Shown piece by piece: positions 10,726-22,593 of a DNA stretch of 64,000 nt (positions are counted from its first letter, which is position 1; each line of letters opens with the position of its first letter). The position numbers and the translations under genes were made by a program. Origin of the DNA: an uncultured Chloroflexia bacterium (GTDB lineage Bacteria; Chloroflexota; Limnocylindria; Limnocylindrales; CSP1-4). The stretch lies in the NCBI GenBank assembly GCA_963749705.1, contig CAVVNQ010000008.1, positions 192,001-256,000 of the forward strand, read 5' to 3'. A model generated the notes under the pieces. It searched no databases. It was given only the letters and a program-made list of their open reading frames with translations, and had not been told where the DNA came from.

Positions 10726-11568
10726 TCAGGCCGCGGCCAGCTCCTCGAGCGCCCGGCTGAGCTCTGCCGCGTCGGCGGCGACCTTCGTCGGGCGCTGGTC
10801 GGGCGCCAGCGCATCGGCGGCCGCCCGGCTGGTGACCCCGGTGAGCATGAGCACGGTGCGGACGCCGACCGCACGCCCGGCCGTGATGTCGGTCAGCGCG
10901 TCACCGATCATGACCGCGCTCGCGAGGTCCCCTCCGGCGGCGTGCGCCGCGGCCTGGAGCAGGTACGGCTCGGGCTTGCCGATCGAGAGCAACGGGGCCG
11001 TCCGCGCGGCCGTCTCGACCGCCGCCACCACCGACCCCGCCCCCGGCCGAAGCCCGCGCTCGGTGGGGTAGACCGGGTCGCGATTGGTGGCGATGAACCG
11101 CGCGCCGGCCCGGATGCAATCGGCGGCGGCGGCAACGCGCATGTACGTCAGTTGCTGGTCAAGCCCGACGATCACCGCATCGGGGTGACCCGCGGCCGAC
11201 CAGCCGTCGATCCCCTCCTGGCTCATCCGCGTTGCCGCGTGGGCAGCGGCGACGACCTCGAAGCCCGCCTCGCGGAGCTCTCGATCAAGCCCGCTCGCGC
11301 CGACCGCGAGGACGCGACGCACGTCGGGAAGATGGTCCCGCACGTGGATCGCCGTTGCCCGCGCGGAGGTGACCACGCAATCCGGCCCGACGGGCGCCCC
11401 GTGACCGGCCAGCCGGCTTGCATAGTCGGCGTGGTAGTACATCGAGTTGTTGGTCACGTACACCACGTCATCGCCGAGCTCGGCGCGGGCCGCGAGCGCG
11501 GGGCCGACGCCGGGGACGGACTCGGACGCGCGATACACGACGCCGTCGAGATCCACGAGGAGAAGCAC
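10726..11568 (-). CDS. HAD-IIA hydrolase (NagD-like)
   Basis: DLDGVVY, VTNNS, ATNRD, GKP and IGDALTDI. Confidence 0.9.
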   Translation of the reverse strand: MLLLVDLDGVVYRASESVPGVGPALAARAELGDDVVYVTNNSMYYHADYASRLAGHGAPVGPDCVVTSARATAIHVRDHLPDVRRVLAVGASGLDRELREAGFEVVAAAHAATRMSQEGIDGWSAAGHPDAVIVGLDQQLTYMRVAAAADCIRAGARFIATNRDPVYPTERGLRPGAGSVVAAVETAARTAPLLSIGKPEPYLLQAAAHAAGGDLASAVMIGDALTDITAGRAVGVRTVLMLTGVTSRAAADALAPDQRPTKVAADAAELSRALEELAAA

Positions 11569-11575
11569 GGGGTCG

Positions 11576-11585
11576 ATGCTACCGT
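11576..11585. promoter_or_regulatory. Overlapping bidirectional -10 elements for two divergent leaderless genes
   Basis: TAGCAT (minus strand, 11576-11581) is 7 nt before GTG 11568. TACCGT (plus strand, 11580-11585) is 6 nt before ATG 11592. Confidence 0.6.
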
Positions 11586-11591
11586 CTGTCC

Positions 11592-12221
11592 ATGGTCGCG
11601 GCTCCCCGCTCCCCGCTCGAAGGCACGGATCGCCTGATCGTCGACGGCACGAACCTGCTGTACCGGCTCGGATCGATGGCGCGCGGCGCGACGGGGTCGG
11701 CGGGCGTGCCTGCGCCACCCGCCGCGATCATCGGGCGCGTCCGGGCGGCGATCCCGGCAGCGATCACGATCGACCTCGTGTTCGATGGCATCGGCCACGG
11801 CGTCAAGGGCCGGGTCGCCCAGGGGATGTTCGTGCGCTACGCCGGGCGGCGGCCGGCGGACGACCTGATCCTCGACCTCGCGGCGTCGGCCGAGACCGGC
11901 GCTGACCCCGCCGCATCGGCGAGGCTCCTCGTCGTCACCAACGATCGGGACCTGCGGGCGCGGCTCGAATCGCGGGGCGTGCGAAGCCGGCCCGTGGTGT
12001 GGCTGACCAACCGACTCGACATGCCGCGGCTGTCGTCGCCTGCCCCGGGCAACCGGCGGGCACCCATCGGACAGGGATCGCCCGGTGGGCCGGTCGGCGT
12101 CCCTGACATGGACGATGACAACGACCGGCGCGGCTGGCGGCCCGGACGGGGCGCGACGACCAAGACCGGGCCGGCCCACAAGATCGCGCGCCACAAGCGC
12201 CACCCAAGGCACACCGCCTGA
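11592..12221 (+). CDS. NYN/PIN-like (YacP-like) domain protein
   Basis: LIVDGTNL, LVFDG, ADDLI and VVTNDRDL acidic motifs, plus a basic tail. Confidence 0.75.
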   Translation: MVAAPRSPLEGTDRLIVDGTNLLYRLGSMARGATGSAGVPAPPAAIIGRVRAAIPAAITIDLVFDGIGHGVKGRVAQGMFVRYAGRRPADDLILDLAASAETGADPAASARLLVVTNDRDLRARLESRGVRSRPVVWLTNRLDMPRLSSPAPGNRRAPIGQGSPGGPVGVPDMDDDNDRRGWRPGRGATTKTGPAHKIARHKRHPRHTA

Positions 12222-12324
12222 GCCGGACGCTGGGCACGTCGCCGGACGGCGGTGCGACGACGCCGTCGCGCACGCCCTCGACACGTCGCGCACGCCCTCG
12301 CGAGCACGCTGGTAGCATGCGCGC

Positions 12325-12798
12325 GTGATCGTCAGCCAGCTTGAGCAGATCTGGAACGGCGTCCTCGGGCTCCTCGCGGTGTTCGTCACGCCCGACTGGA
12401 AGGACCCCATCTCATGGCTCCCCGACCTGCTCCTCGTGGGCGTCGTGGGGCCGCTGCTGACCCTGCTGGTGCTGGCCTGGCTCCGCTACGGCATCCTCAG
12501 GCCACGACCGAAGACGGCCTATGTCGATCCCCGGCGGGCGGCTGCGCTCGACGCGGCTGGGCGGCCGGTCTACCCGGCGGGTGAGCCGTACAGCCCTCGC
12601 GAGCAGATGATCTACGAGCCCGGAGCCACCCGTTCGTCGGGCGGCGAGGAGCTCGTCGTCGCGTGCCCCAAGTGCGGCCTGGTTCGGCCCGCCACGATGG
12701 ACACCTGCGGCAACTGCGGGCTGACGTTCAGCCTCAAGCCGACCACACGCTCCCTCCGCCCGGCCGGACCGCCGCCGGGCGGTGCCGCCGCCGCCTGA
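12325..12798 (+). CDS. Membrane protein with C-terminal zinc ribbon
   Basis: Two hydrophobic segments and CPKC...CGNC. TAGCAT 6 nt before the GTG. Confidence 0.7.
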   Translation: MIVSQLEQIWNGVLGLLAVFVTPDWKDPISWLPDLLLVGVVGPLLTLLVLAWLRYGILRPRPKTAYVDPRRAAALDAAGRPVYPAGEPYSPREQMIYEPGATRSSGGEELVVACPKCGLVRPATMDTCGNCGLTFSLKPTTRSLRPAGPPPGGAAAA

Positions 12799-12845
12799 CC
12801 TCGGCCGGGAGACCGGCCACCTGACCTCGGCCGGGAGACCGGCCA
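12794..12845. repeat. Perfect 26-bp tandem duplication
   Basis: CCTGACCTCGGCCGGGAGACCGGCCA x2, including the stop codon of the upstream gene. Confidence 0.85.
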
Positions 12846-12931
12846 CCGGCCGCATGGCCCTCCAGCCTCCGCCGGCCTCATCCGCGGTCCACCGGGCGAC
12901 CGGTCGGGCCCCCAGCGTCCCGGGATACGAC

Positions 12932-13870
12932 ATGGCACAGGCATCCTCGATCCTCTTCGTGCTCGGCTCCATCGCCGTCGCCATCGGCTTTGCGGCGCAC
13001 GTCGCCCATGCGGCGCTGCTCGCGAACGGGCGTCGTATCGTCGCCTTCTCACCAGCCTCGATGCCTGCCTTTGCGGCCGAGGGCGTGTCGGGATCGTTCG
13101 TGGCCGCCCGTGCGTCGGCCGCCGGAGCCGAGCTGGATCTCTCGGCCTCGCCGACGCCGCTGTCGCGTGCCGCGACGCTGATCACGGTGGCGGCATTCGC
13201 GCTGCTCATCGGATCGCTCGTGTCGCGCTCGATCGTGGTCGGCCGCGGGCCGTACGGCAACCTGTACGAGTTCAGCGTCGCGTTCGGGACGTCGATCCTC
13301 GGCGGCTACCTGTTCCTGGCTCGCCGGTACCCGATCCGCCAGATCGGGTTCATCCCCACCGGGGTCGCCCTGGCGATGCTCCTGTACGCGTCGTCGCTGC
13401 CGTCGCAGATCGAGGCCCTGGTGCCGGCGCTCCAGTTCCCGGCGATGCTCACGATCCATGTCGGGATGGCGGTCATCTCGTACGGGATCTTCGCGACCGC
13501 CTTCGCGGCCGGCGTCGGCTACCTGGTCCAGGGCACCCACGACCGCTTCGCCTGGCTGCCGTCGCACAAGACGCTGGACGAGGTCGCCTATCGGGCCGTG
13601 ATCATCGCGTTCCCGATCTTCGCGACGATGATCATCCTCGGCTCGTGGTGGGCCTCGATCGCGTGGTCGCGCTACTGGGGCTGGGACCCCAAGGAGACGT
13701 CGGCGCTGGTGACCTGGCTCACCTACGCGATCTACCTCCACGCCCGCAACCAGCGGCGATGGGCGGGGCGGCCCGCCGCGCTGCTGCTGGTGGTCGGCTT
13801 CGGGATGGTGCTGGTGACGTACTCGGGGAGCCTCTGGTTCAACGGGCTGCACGCATACAGCGGGCTGTAG
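12932..13870 (+). CDS. ccsA: Cytochrome c biogenesis protein, system II (CcsA/ResC type)
   Basis: Tryptophan-rich WWD motif GSWWASIAWSRYWGWDPKET, PYGNLYE and GLHAY. Confidence 0.92.
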   Translation: MAQASSILFVLGSIAVAIGFAAHVAHAALLANGRRIVAFSPASMPAFAAEGVSGSFVAARASAAGAELDLSASPTPLSRAATLITVAAFALLIGSLVSRSIVVGRGPYGNLYEFSVAFGTSILGGYLFLARRYPIRQIGFIPTGVALAMLLYASSLPSQIEALVPALQFPAMLTIHVGMAVISYGIFATAFAAGVGYLVQGTHDRFAWLPSHKTLDEVAYRAVIIAFPIFATMIILGSWWASIAWSRYWGWDPKETSALVTWLTYAIYLHARNQRRWAGRPAALLLVVGFGMVLVTYSGSLWFNGLHAYSGL

Positions 13871-13920
13871 CAGCCTTCGGCGGCGGCCATCCTCGACGGC
13901 GCTGGCGCGCACAGTCCCGT

Positions 13921-14009
13921 CCGCGATGAGCCTCCGCGCATCACACGCGGCGACGGCGCGGCCGAACCGGGTGCTGCCCGCGATGAGCCTCCGCGCATCA
14001 CTCGCGGCG
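13921..14009. repeat. Two copies of a ~32-bp imperfect palindromic (REP-like) unit
   Basis: CCGCGATGAGCCTCCGCGCATCAC(A/T)CGCGGCG at 13921 and 13978. Confidence 0.75.
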
Positions 14010-14109
14010 CGGCCGCCAGGGGAGCGGGAGGCCGGCGCTCAGGCGAGGCGTAGCCGCCGGTAATCGGAAGCGAAGCCGGCGATAAGCCGGTTCGGCCATC
14101 CTTCCGGAC

Positions 14110-14841
14110 ATGAAGGACTCGCGCCTCGGGGCGGTGGTCCGCGCGGTGCGGGTCCGCCGAGGCCTCCGACAGCGTGACGTGGCGGACCTTGCGGGCACCT
14201 CCCAGGACGCGGTTTCGCGACTCGAGCGGGGCCTGATCGGTGGGATCACCATGGATCGGATCCGCACGATTGCCGATGCTGTTGGCGTGCAGGTGGAGCT
14301 CGACCCGCGATGGCGGGGTGGCGAGCTGGACCGGCTGCTCGGTGCCCGCCACTCGGCGCTGCACGAGGCCGTCGCCGCCCGGTTCGCGGCGCTGGCCGGC
14401 TGGTCGGTTGCGCCGGAGGTGACCTTCTCCGAGTTCGGCGAACGCGGGGCGATCGACATCCTCGCATGGCACCCGACCACGAGGACGCTGCTCGTGATCG
14501 AGCTCAAGACCGAGCTCGTCGATGTCCAGGAGATGCTGGGCACGCTGGATCGCAAACGCCGCCTCGCACCCAAGGTCGCGCGAGATCGCGGCTGGGCGCC
14601 GCAGACGGTCGGCGTTTGGGTGATCCTCTCGGAGCATCGAACAAACCGCCGGCGAGTCGATGCCCATCGAGCGGTGCTGCGGGCGGCACTGCCATCCGAT
14701 GGGCGCGCGATGCCGGGCTGGCTGCTTGCACCCCGCGGCCCGATCGCGGTGTTGTCGTTCTGGCCACGGAACGATGGGGTGCGTGGTAACCGACCCATCG
14801 CCAAGGTGCATCGGGTTCGCCGCCCAGGTCGCGCTGCCTGA
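14110..14841 (+). CDS. XRE-family HTH fused to a PD-(D/E)XK nuclease-like domain
   Basis: N-terminal GLRQRDVADLAGTSQDAVSRLERG HTH, and C-terminal E...IDIL...IELKT. Confidence 0.8.
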   Translation: MKDSRLGAVVRAVRVRRGLRQRDVADLAGTSQDAVSRLERGLIGGITMDRIRTIADAVGVQVELDPRWRGGELDRLLGARHSALHEAVAARFAALAGWSVAPEVTFSEFGERGAIDILAWHPTTRTLLVIELKTELVDVQEMLGTLDRKRRLAPKVARDRGWAPQTVGVWVILSEHRTNRRRVDAHRAVLRAALPSDGRAMPGWLLAPRGPIAVLSFWPRNDGVRGNRPIAKVHRVRRPGRAA

Positions 14842-15165
14842 CGAGCGTGGTCCTGGCTGCGGGCTCGCCCTGGCGCGACCAGAACACGGCCACGCAACGC
14901 TGGGGTGCGTCTTTGGCCATTTGATCCTGGCCAAGCACGCATCTCATCGGTATCTGGCCATGTGGGCCTCCCGATCCCCGCCTTGCGACGCTCGTGGTCG
15001 TTAGCTGGCCAACACGCGAGCGGAAGCAGCGAGATACGACGCACGTGATCGTTAGGTGGCCAGGTACCCCGCCGCAGGAGCCGAGCGCGGCCGGGGCGGA
15101 GACGACGAGCGCTGCCGGGGCGGAGACCACGAGCGCAACGACGGGCCCACGAGTTGGTGCATAAT

Positions 15166-15179
15166 AGAACACCCGTTCT
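15166..15179. promoter_or_regulatory. LexA (SOS) box-like palindrome
   Basis: AGAAC-ACCC-GTTCT, a perfect GAAC-N4-GTTC, directly after CATAAT (15160-15165). Confidence 0.6.
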
Positions 15180-15312
15180 GTGGACAGACCGGAAAGGGAC
15201 GGTGGACAGGCGACACGCCACATGTGGACGACCGGCCCGGCGGCGTGGAAGAACGGCCCGCGAACGTGGACGAGCGGCGCCCCGACGTGGACGACGGGTC
15301 GCTGATCGTGGA
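15180..15312 (+). repeat. Phased array of seven GTGGA motifs (DnaA-box-like)
   Basis: GTGGA at 15180, 15202, 15224, 15245, 15266, 15287 and 15308 (spacing 22, 22, 21, 21, 21, 21). Confidence 0.75.
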
Positions 15313-15321
15313 TGTCTCGAA

Positions 15322-15370
15322 AACCCATATGTTGCGATCGGGTGACCCATCGCACCACTACATGTTGTGG
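15322..15370. promoter_or_regulatory. Tandem NrdR boxes
   Basis: AACCCATATGTTGCGA (15322-15337) and CCACTACATGTTGTGG (15355-15370) fit the acaCwAtATaTwGtgt consensus. They are 33 bp apart and upstream of nrdJ. Confidence 0.85.
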
Positions 15371-15378
15371 TTTAGGGG

Positions 15379-15408
15379 TTGACCGGCCCTGCCCGCCCGA
15401 CGTATCGT
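15379..15408 (+). promoter_or_regulatory. Sigma70-type promoter of nrdJ
   Basis: TTGACC-18 nt-TATCGT immediately downstream of the NrdR boxes. Confidence 0.55.
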
Positions 15409-15694
15409 AGTCGGGTCGCCCTGACGCCGGACGACCCTCGAAGCGCCCGAAGCACCCGGCCCGGATGCCGCGTGATCGGACCCACGGAGGACCGGCGGTG
15501 GAACGACCCGACGGACGGTCCCGCAGCTGCACGTCACCCCATCCGTGACGCGGAACCGCCAACCGGACGGAGCCCAAGCTGAACGACGACGTCCCGTCTG
15601 GCACCCGGGACGGCGCCGCCGGCAACGGACCCCCATCCGGGCCGCCGGAGCCACTGGATATCCCGCGCACGCGGGAGCGGAGGAGACGGACGAC

Positions 15695-18874
<3,180 letters not shown>

Positions 18875-18888
18875 GCCAGCGACACCTG

Positions 18889-18926
18889 AACGGGAGCCCG
18901 GGAGCTCGCTCGGGCTCCGTCCGTTT
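18889..18926 (+). terminator. Probable intrinsic terminator of nrdJ
   Basis: GGAGCCCG...CGGGCTCC stem followed by GTTT. Confidence 0.5.
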
Positions 18927-19056
18927 GCGGGCCGCAGCGTGCACGACAAGACCGACAGGCCACGTAGGTCCCGTCAGGCAAGATAGCCAAGCAGAAGCGC
19001 TGCGGACCTGCCGACAGGCCCGACGGAGGCAGTTCGAGTTGCTGGGAGAGCGGACG

Positions 19057-20054
19057 TTGCCGACCGGTGAACTTCTGCGGAGACTGCTCAAGGCGTACGC
19101 GGACGACAACGACCGAGCGTTTCGCGAGGCTGCTGGAGCGCTCATCTCGGAAGAGCGCGTAAAGAACCACCGGCTTCTTGCGGACGATCTGGAACGGATC
19201 GTAAATCGCAGGGCAACCCTCGACCGACCGACGCACCTTGCGCACATGGCAGCGCCACCGCGCGACCGAGATCGCGGTCTGCCTCTTGTGGAGATCAATG
19301 AGCCCGATCTCCCATGGTCGCGCATTGTGCTGCCGGAGGATTTGCTAAAGCGGCTCCATCGCCTCGTTGACGAACACCGACGGAGCGAACTTCTCGCGAC
19401 TTCGGGCCTCAGCCCGACGGCTCGCGTGCTCTTCTTGGGCCCGCCGGGCTGCGGCAAGACGCTTGCCGCGCGCGTGATCGCGAGCAGTCTTGACTATCCA
19501 CTGGTGACAGTCCGCCTTGACGTCATCGTCTCATCGCTCCTTGGCGAGTCGGCCGCTAACTTGGCGTCGGTATTTTCGTACCTTAGGACGACCCGAGCTG
19601 TCGTCCTATTTGACGAGATCGACTCCGTAGCAAGGAGCGAAGCGATCCAACGGAGCACGGGGAGCTCAAACGATTGGTCAATGCCCTGCTGCAGCAGATG
19701 GACTCATACGTCGGCGACAGCTTGCTCATCGCTGCAACCAACCATGAGTCCCTCCTCGACTCAGCGGCTTGGCGACGATTCGAGGCCGTCTTCAGATTCC
19801 CACTCCCCGATCGGCAGTCCCGGGAGCTGATTCTTCGGGCGGTTCTGCGAACTTGGAAGTGCGATGGCCAGGACTTGGCGCACGTGGCCGACCGCACGGC
19901 AGGCGCGTCCGGCTCGGACCTCGAAATGATCGCGATGGACGCTGCCCGGAGCGCAGTGCTCGCCTTGGATTCACGGGTCGAGAGACGCCATCTGACGGCA
20001 GCCCTGATGGCATTCCGGGCTCGACTAACCGATGGAGATGCCGAGACAACCTAG
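19057..20054 (+). pseudogene. AAA+ ATPase (IetA-like), one frameshift near 19637
   Basis: GPPGCGKT and VVLFDEID lie in one frame; DPTEHGELKRLVNALLQQMD...AATNH...WRRFE continues in the -1 frame. Could be a sequencing error. Confidence 0.8.
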
Positions 20055-20068
20055 TCGGGGGGGGGACG

Positions 20069-22454
20069 ATGCTCAATAATCTCCCACATCTAGCTCTACC
20101 CGTTGCCTCGCAACCAGTGGCACGGCGGCCCCGACCGGGCGGAGGTCGACCGCCGCATCTGGCCTCCCCCCGCGACCACTCGGCAGCCCTCACCGAGGAA
20201 GCTACCGCCGTCTCGGCAAGCCTGACTTCGATCGGCGACGAAGCACCCGGGGGGATCGACCCCCTCCTGGTCTTCGCATTGACCCTTGATCCGCGCGGGT
20301 CGATTGATGAATTGGCGCTCGCAGGCATGGGACTCACCCTCATCGCCGAAGATGGCGACCGGCGCCTTGTTGTGTTTCCGGACCGCGCGACACTGGACGC
20401 CTTCCGGCTTCGCATCGGGCGATATGGTGCTTCCGATGGGTTACAGAACCAAGCGATCGCATCGATTGCGTCTATCATTCCATCCGTCCTGAGGACCGTA
20501 TCGGCCCGAGGCTACATTCCGCCCGATCCCACGCGGTTGGACCGACTATGTCGATGTCGAGCTTTGGCACACGGGCTCGCGATCTCAGATGCTCGAATTG
20601 GTACAGTCCATTCGCGAAGGCGTCGGCTCGATCGCAATCACGGACCAGTATGTCGGGTCCTCAATGTGCCTCCTACGGATCCGTACGTCCGCCGAAGGAG
20701 TCGAGCAACTCAGCGCCATCGATCGAGTAAGAGAGATCGAACGGCGTCCAAGCGCGGAGTTCGAGATTACGGACATCTTCCAGACAGGCGTCGCCGACTT
20801 CGATGCACCTCAGACCCCCGCCCCTGATGCTCCCGGCATTGTCGTCATTGATAGTGGAATCGCGACAGGTCACCCGCTACTTGCGCCATTGATCGGCGAT
20901 ACGCAGGGCTTCCTGGGAACCCAGGTGCCCCAGGATGCCGACGGTGATGATCAGGGTCATGGCACAGCGTGGCAGGCATCGCAGCCTTCGGAGACGTCGG
21001 CGCTGCGATCAGCTCTCGGCGGTTCGAGTCATCGGTCTGGATGTTTGGCGCCAGAGTAACCGTCAACGGATCAGAATTCGACCCCGAACACCTCATCGAA
21101 AGTCAGCTCCGAGCGGTGGTCGAGTATTTCACCACCGCCTACCCTAACGCTAAGACGCTCAACTTCTCGATGGGCGACAAGGACCATCGATTGGACGATG
21201 CACGGGTTCAACTCAGGATTGCATCCGCCATTGACGAACTCGCATACGAGTTTCGGAGCCGGGAATTGCTATTTGTCGTACCGACTGGGAATTGGGTGCC
21301 CGGGGACGGCGAGCAAACACTCGTTGAGTATCCGGCGTACTTGCTTTCTGACGAGAACCGGCTGATTGATCCAGGTAGCAGTGCGCTCGCGGTTACCGTC
21401 GGTAGCCTGAGTTACGGTGAGGGGGAGCCGCTACAACGGGCATTTACAGATCGCGGTGTTGCCGATCGGATGTGGCCGTCACCCTTTACCCGACGGGGCC
21501 CGGGAATTGGTGGATCGCTAAAGCCCGACTTCGTTGAATGTGGTGGCGACTTGCGAATCACGCGTGGGCGTGTAGCGACTGAGCCATCCGTCAACGGCGT
21601 GCCGACGACATCGAACGAGTTTGCGCCACCGGACAGCCGTCTGTTCCGGACGGTGGCTGGCACAAGCTACGCGGCTCCGGCGGTCGCCAACACCATCGCT
21701 CGAGTGCGAGCGGCGCTTCCGGGTGCCTCGTCCAATCTGGTGCGCGCGCTGCTCGCGACCAGCAGTCGCGTTCCCAGTGACCGGCCTTTACAGTTTCGTG
21801 ACCTGCCAACGCACCACGACTCGATACTCAATGTCTACGGTGCTGGGCGGCCCGATGCCACCGCAGCGATCGCCTCGGCGCCGAACGACGTTGTCCTTGC
21901 CGTCGACGACGTTATGGAGTTGGATACCGTACGGGTCTATGCGGTTCCCGGATTGCCAAGCTCGTTCCTCGAGGCTCGCGGGACCGGCGAATTGCGCGTG
22001 GCTCTGGCGTTCGACCCACCAACCCGCCACACGCGTAGACGCAATTACTGTGGCGTTGCGATGCAATTTGCGATGTACCGCAATGTCCACGTTTCTGAAC
22101 TCGTCGAAGCGGTGAGGGCTTGGAGCCGCGAGGAACGGGAGGAACTGGAGGGTTCAGACCTTCCTGGATTGGCGGACCTCAGCAATAGGCGGGTCGAGCT
22201 GCTGCCCGGTCCCCGTCGACGGAACAACTCCATCCCTTCAGGTCGCATCCAAGACCATTCGTACGCGAGCGTGGCGATACGACGGCGAGGCTTTGCTCTT
22301 GGCGGTCGTTTGTCAGCGGCGCTGGGCAACCGATGTGGAGACACAGCGTTTTGCGGTCGCCGCTTCGGTACGGCACGAGAACGAGGATGTTGATATCTAC
22401 GCTCATCTCAGGGCCCGAACGACGGTACTCGAGCGCATCAGGGTGCGTAGCTAG
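20069..22454 (+). pseudogene. Subtilisin-like S8 serine protease (IetS-like), four frameshifts
   Basis: Catalytic motifs VIDSG, GHGT(A/V)AG and GTSYAAP, plus SPFTRRGPG and KPDFV. Frame changes occur at about 20483, 20530-20545, 20968 and 22233. Confidence 0.8.
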
Positions 22455-22593
22455 CAGGAGGGAGGGGCGCGCCACGTCTCGGCTCGGGGCGTCAACGCGG
22501 CGTACAGGGGACATTTCTGCCCTTGCAGGAGGCGAGCTCTGGCCCAGCAAGTGGGGCGCGCCAGTGTCCCGGGATCATCCTGCGCAGGGACGG

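Noticed and set aside
15180-15312. CRISPR array or oriC interpretation of the GTGGA array
   Set aside because: The conserved core is only about 5-7 bp with a 21-22 bp period, and no cas genes are present. There is no adjacent dnaA/dnaN and no AT-rich unwinding element.
19630-22240. Programmed ribosomal frameshifting in the ATPase/protease genes
   Set aside because: Too many shifts in one gene and no slippery heptamers at the junctions.
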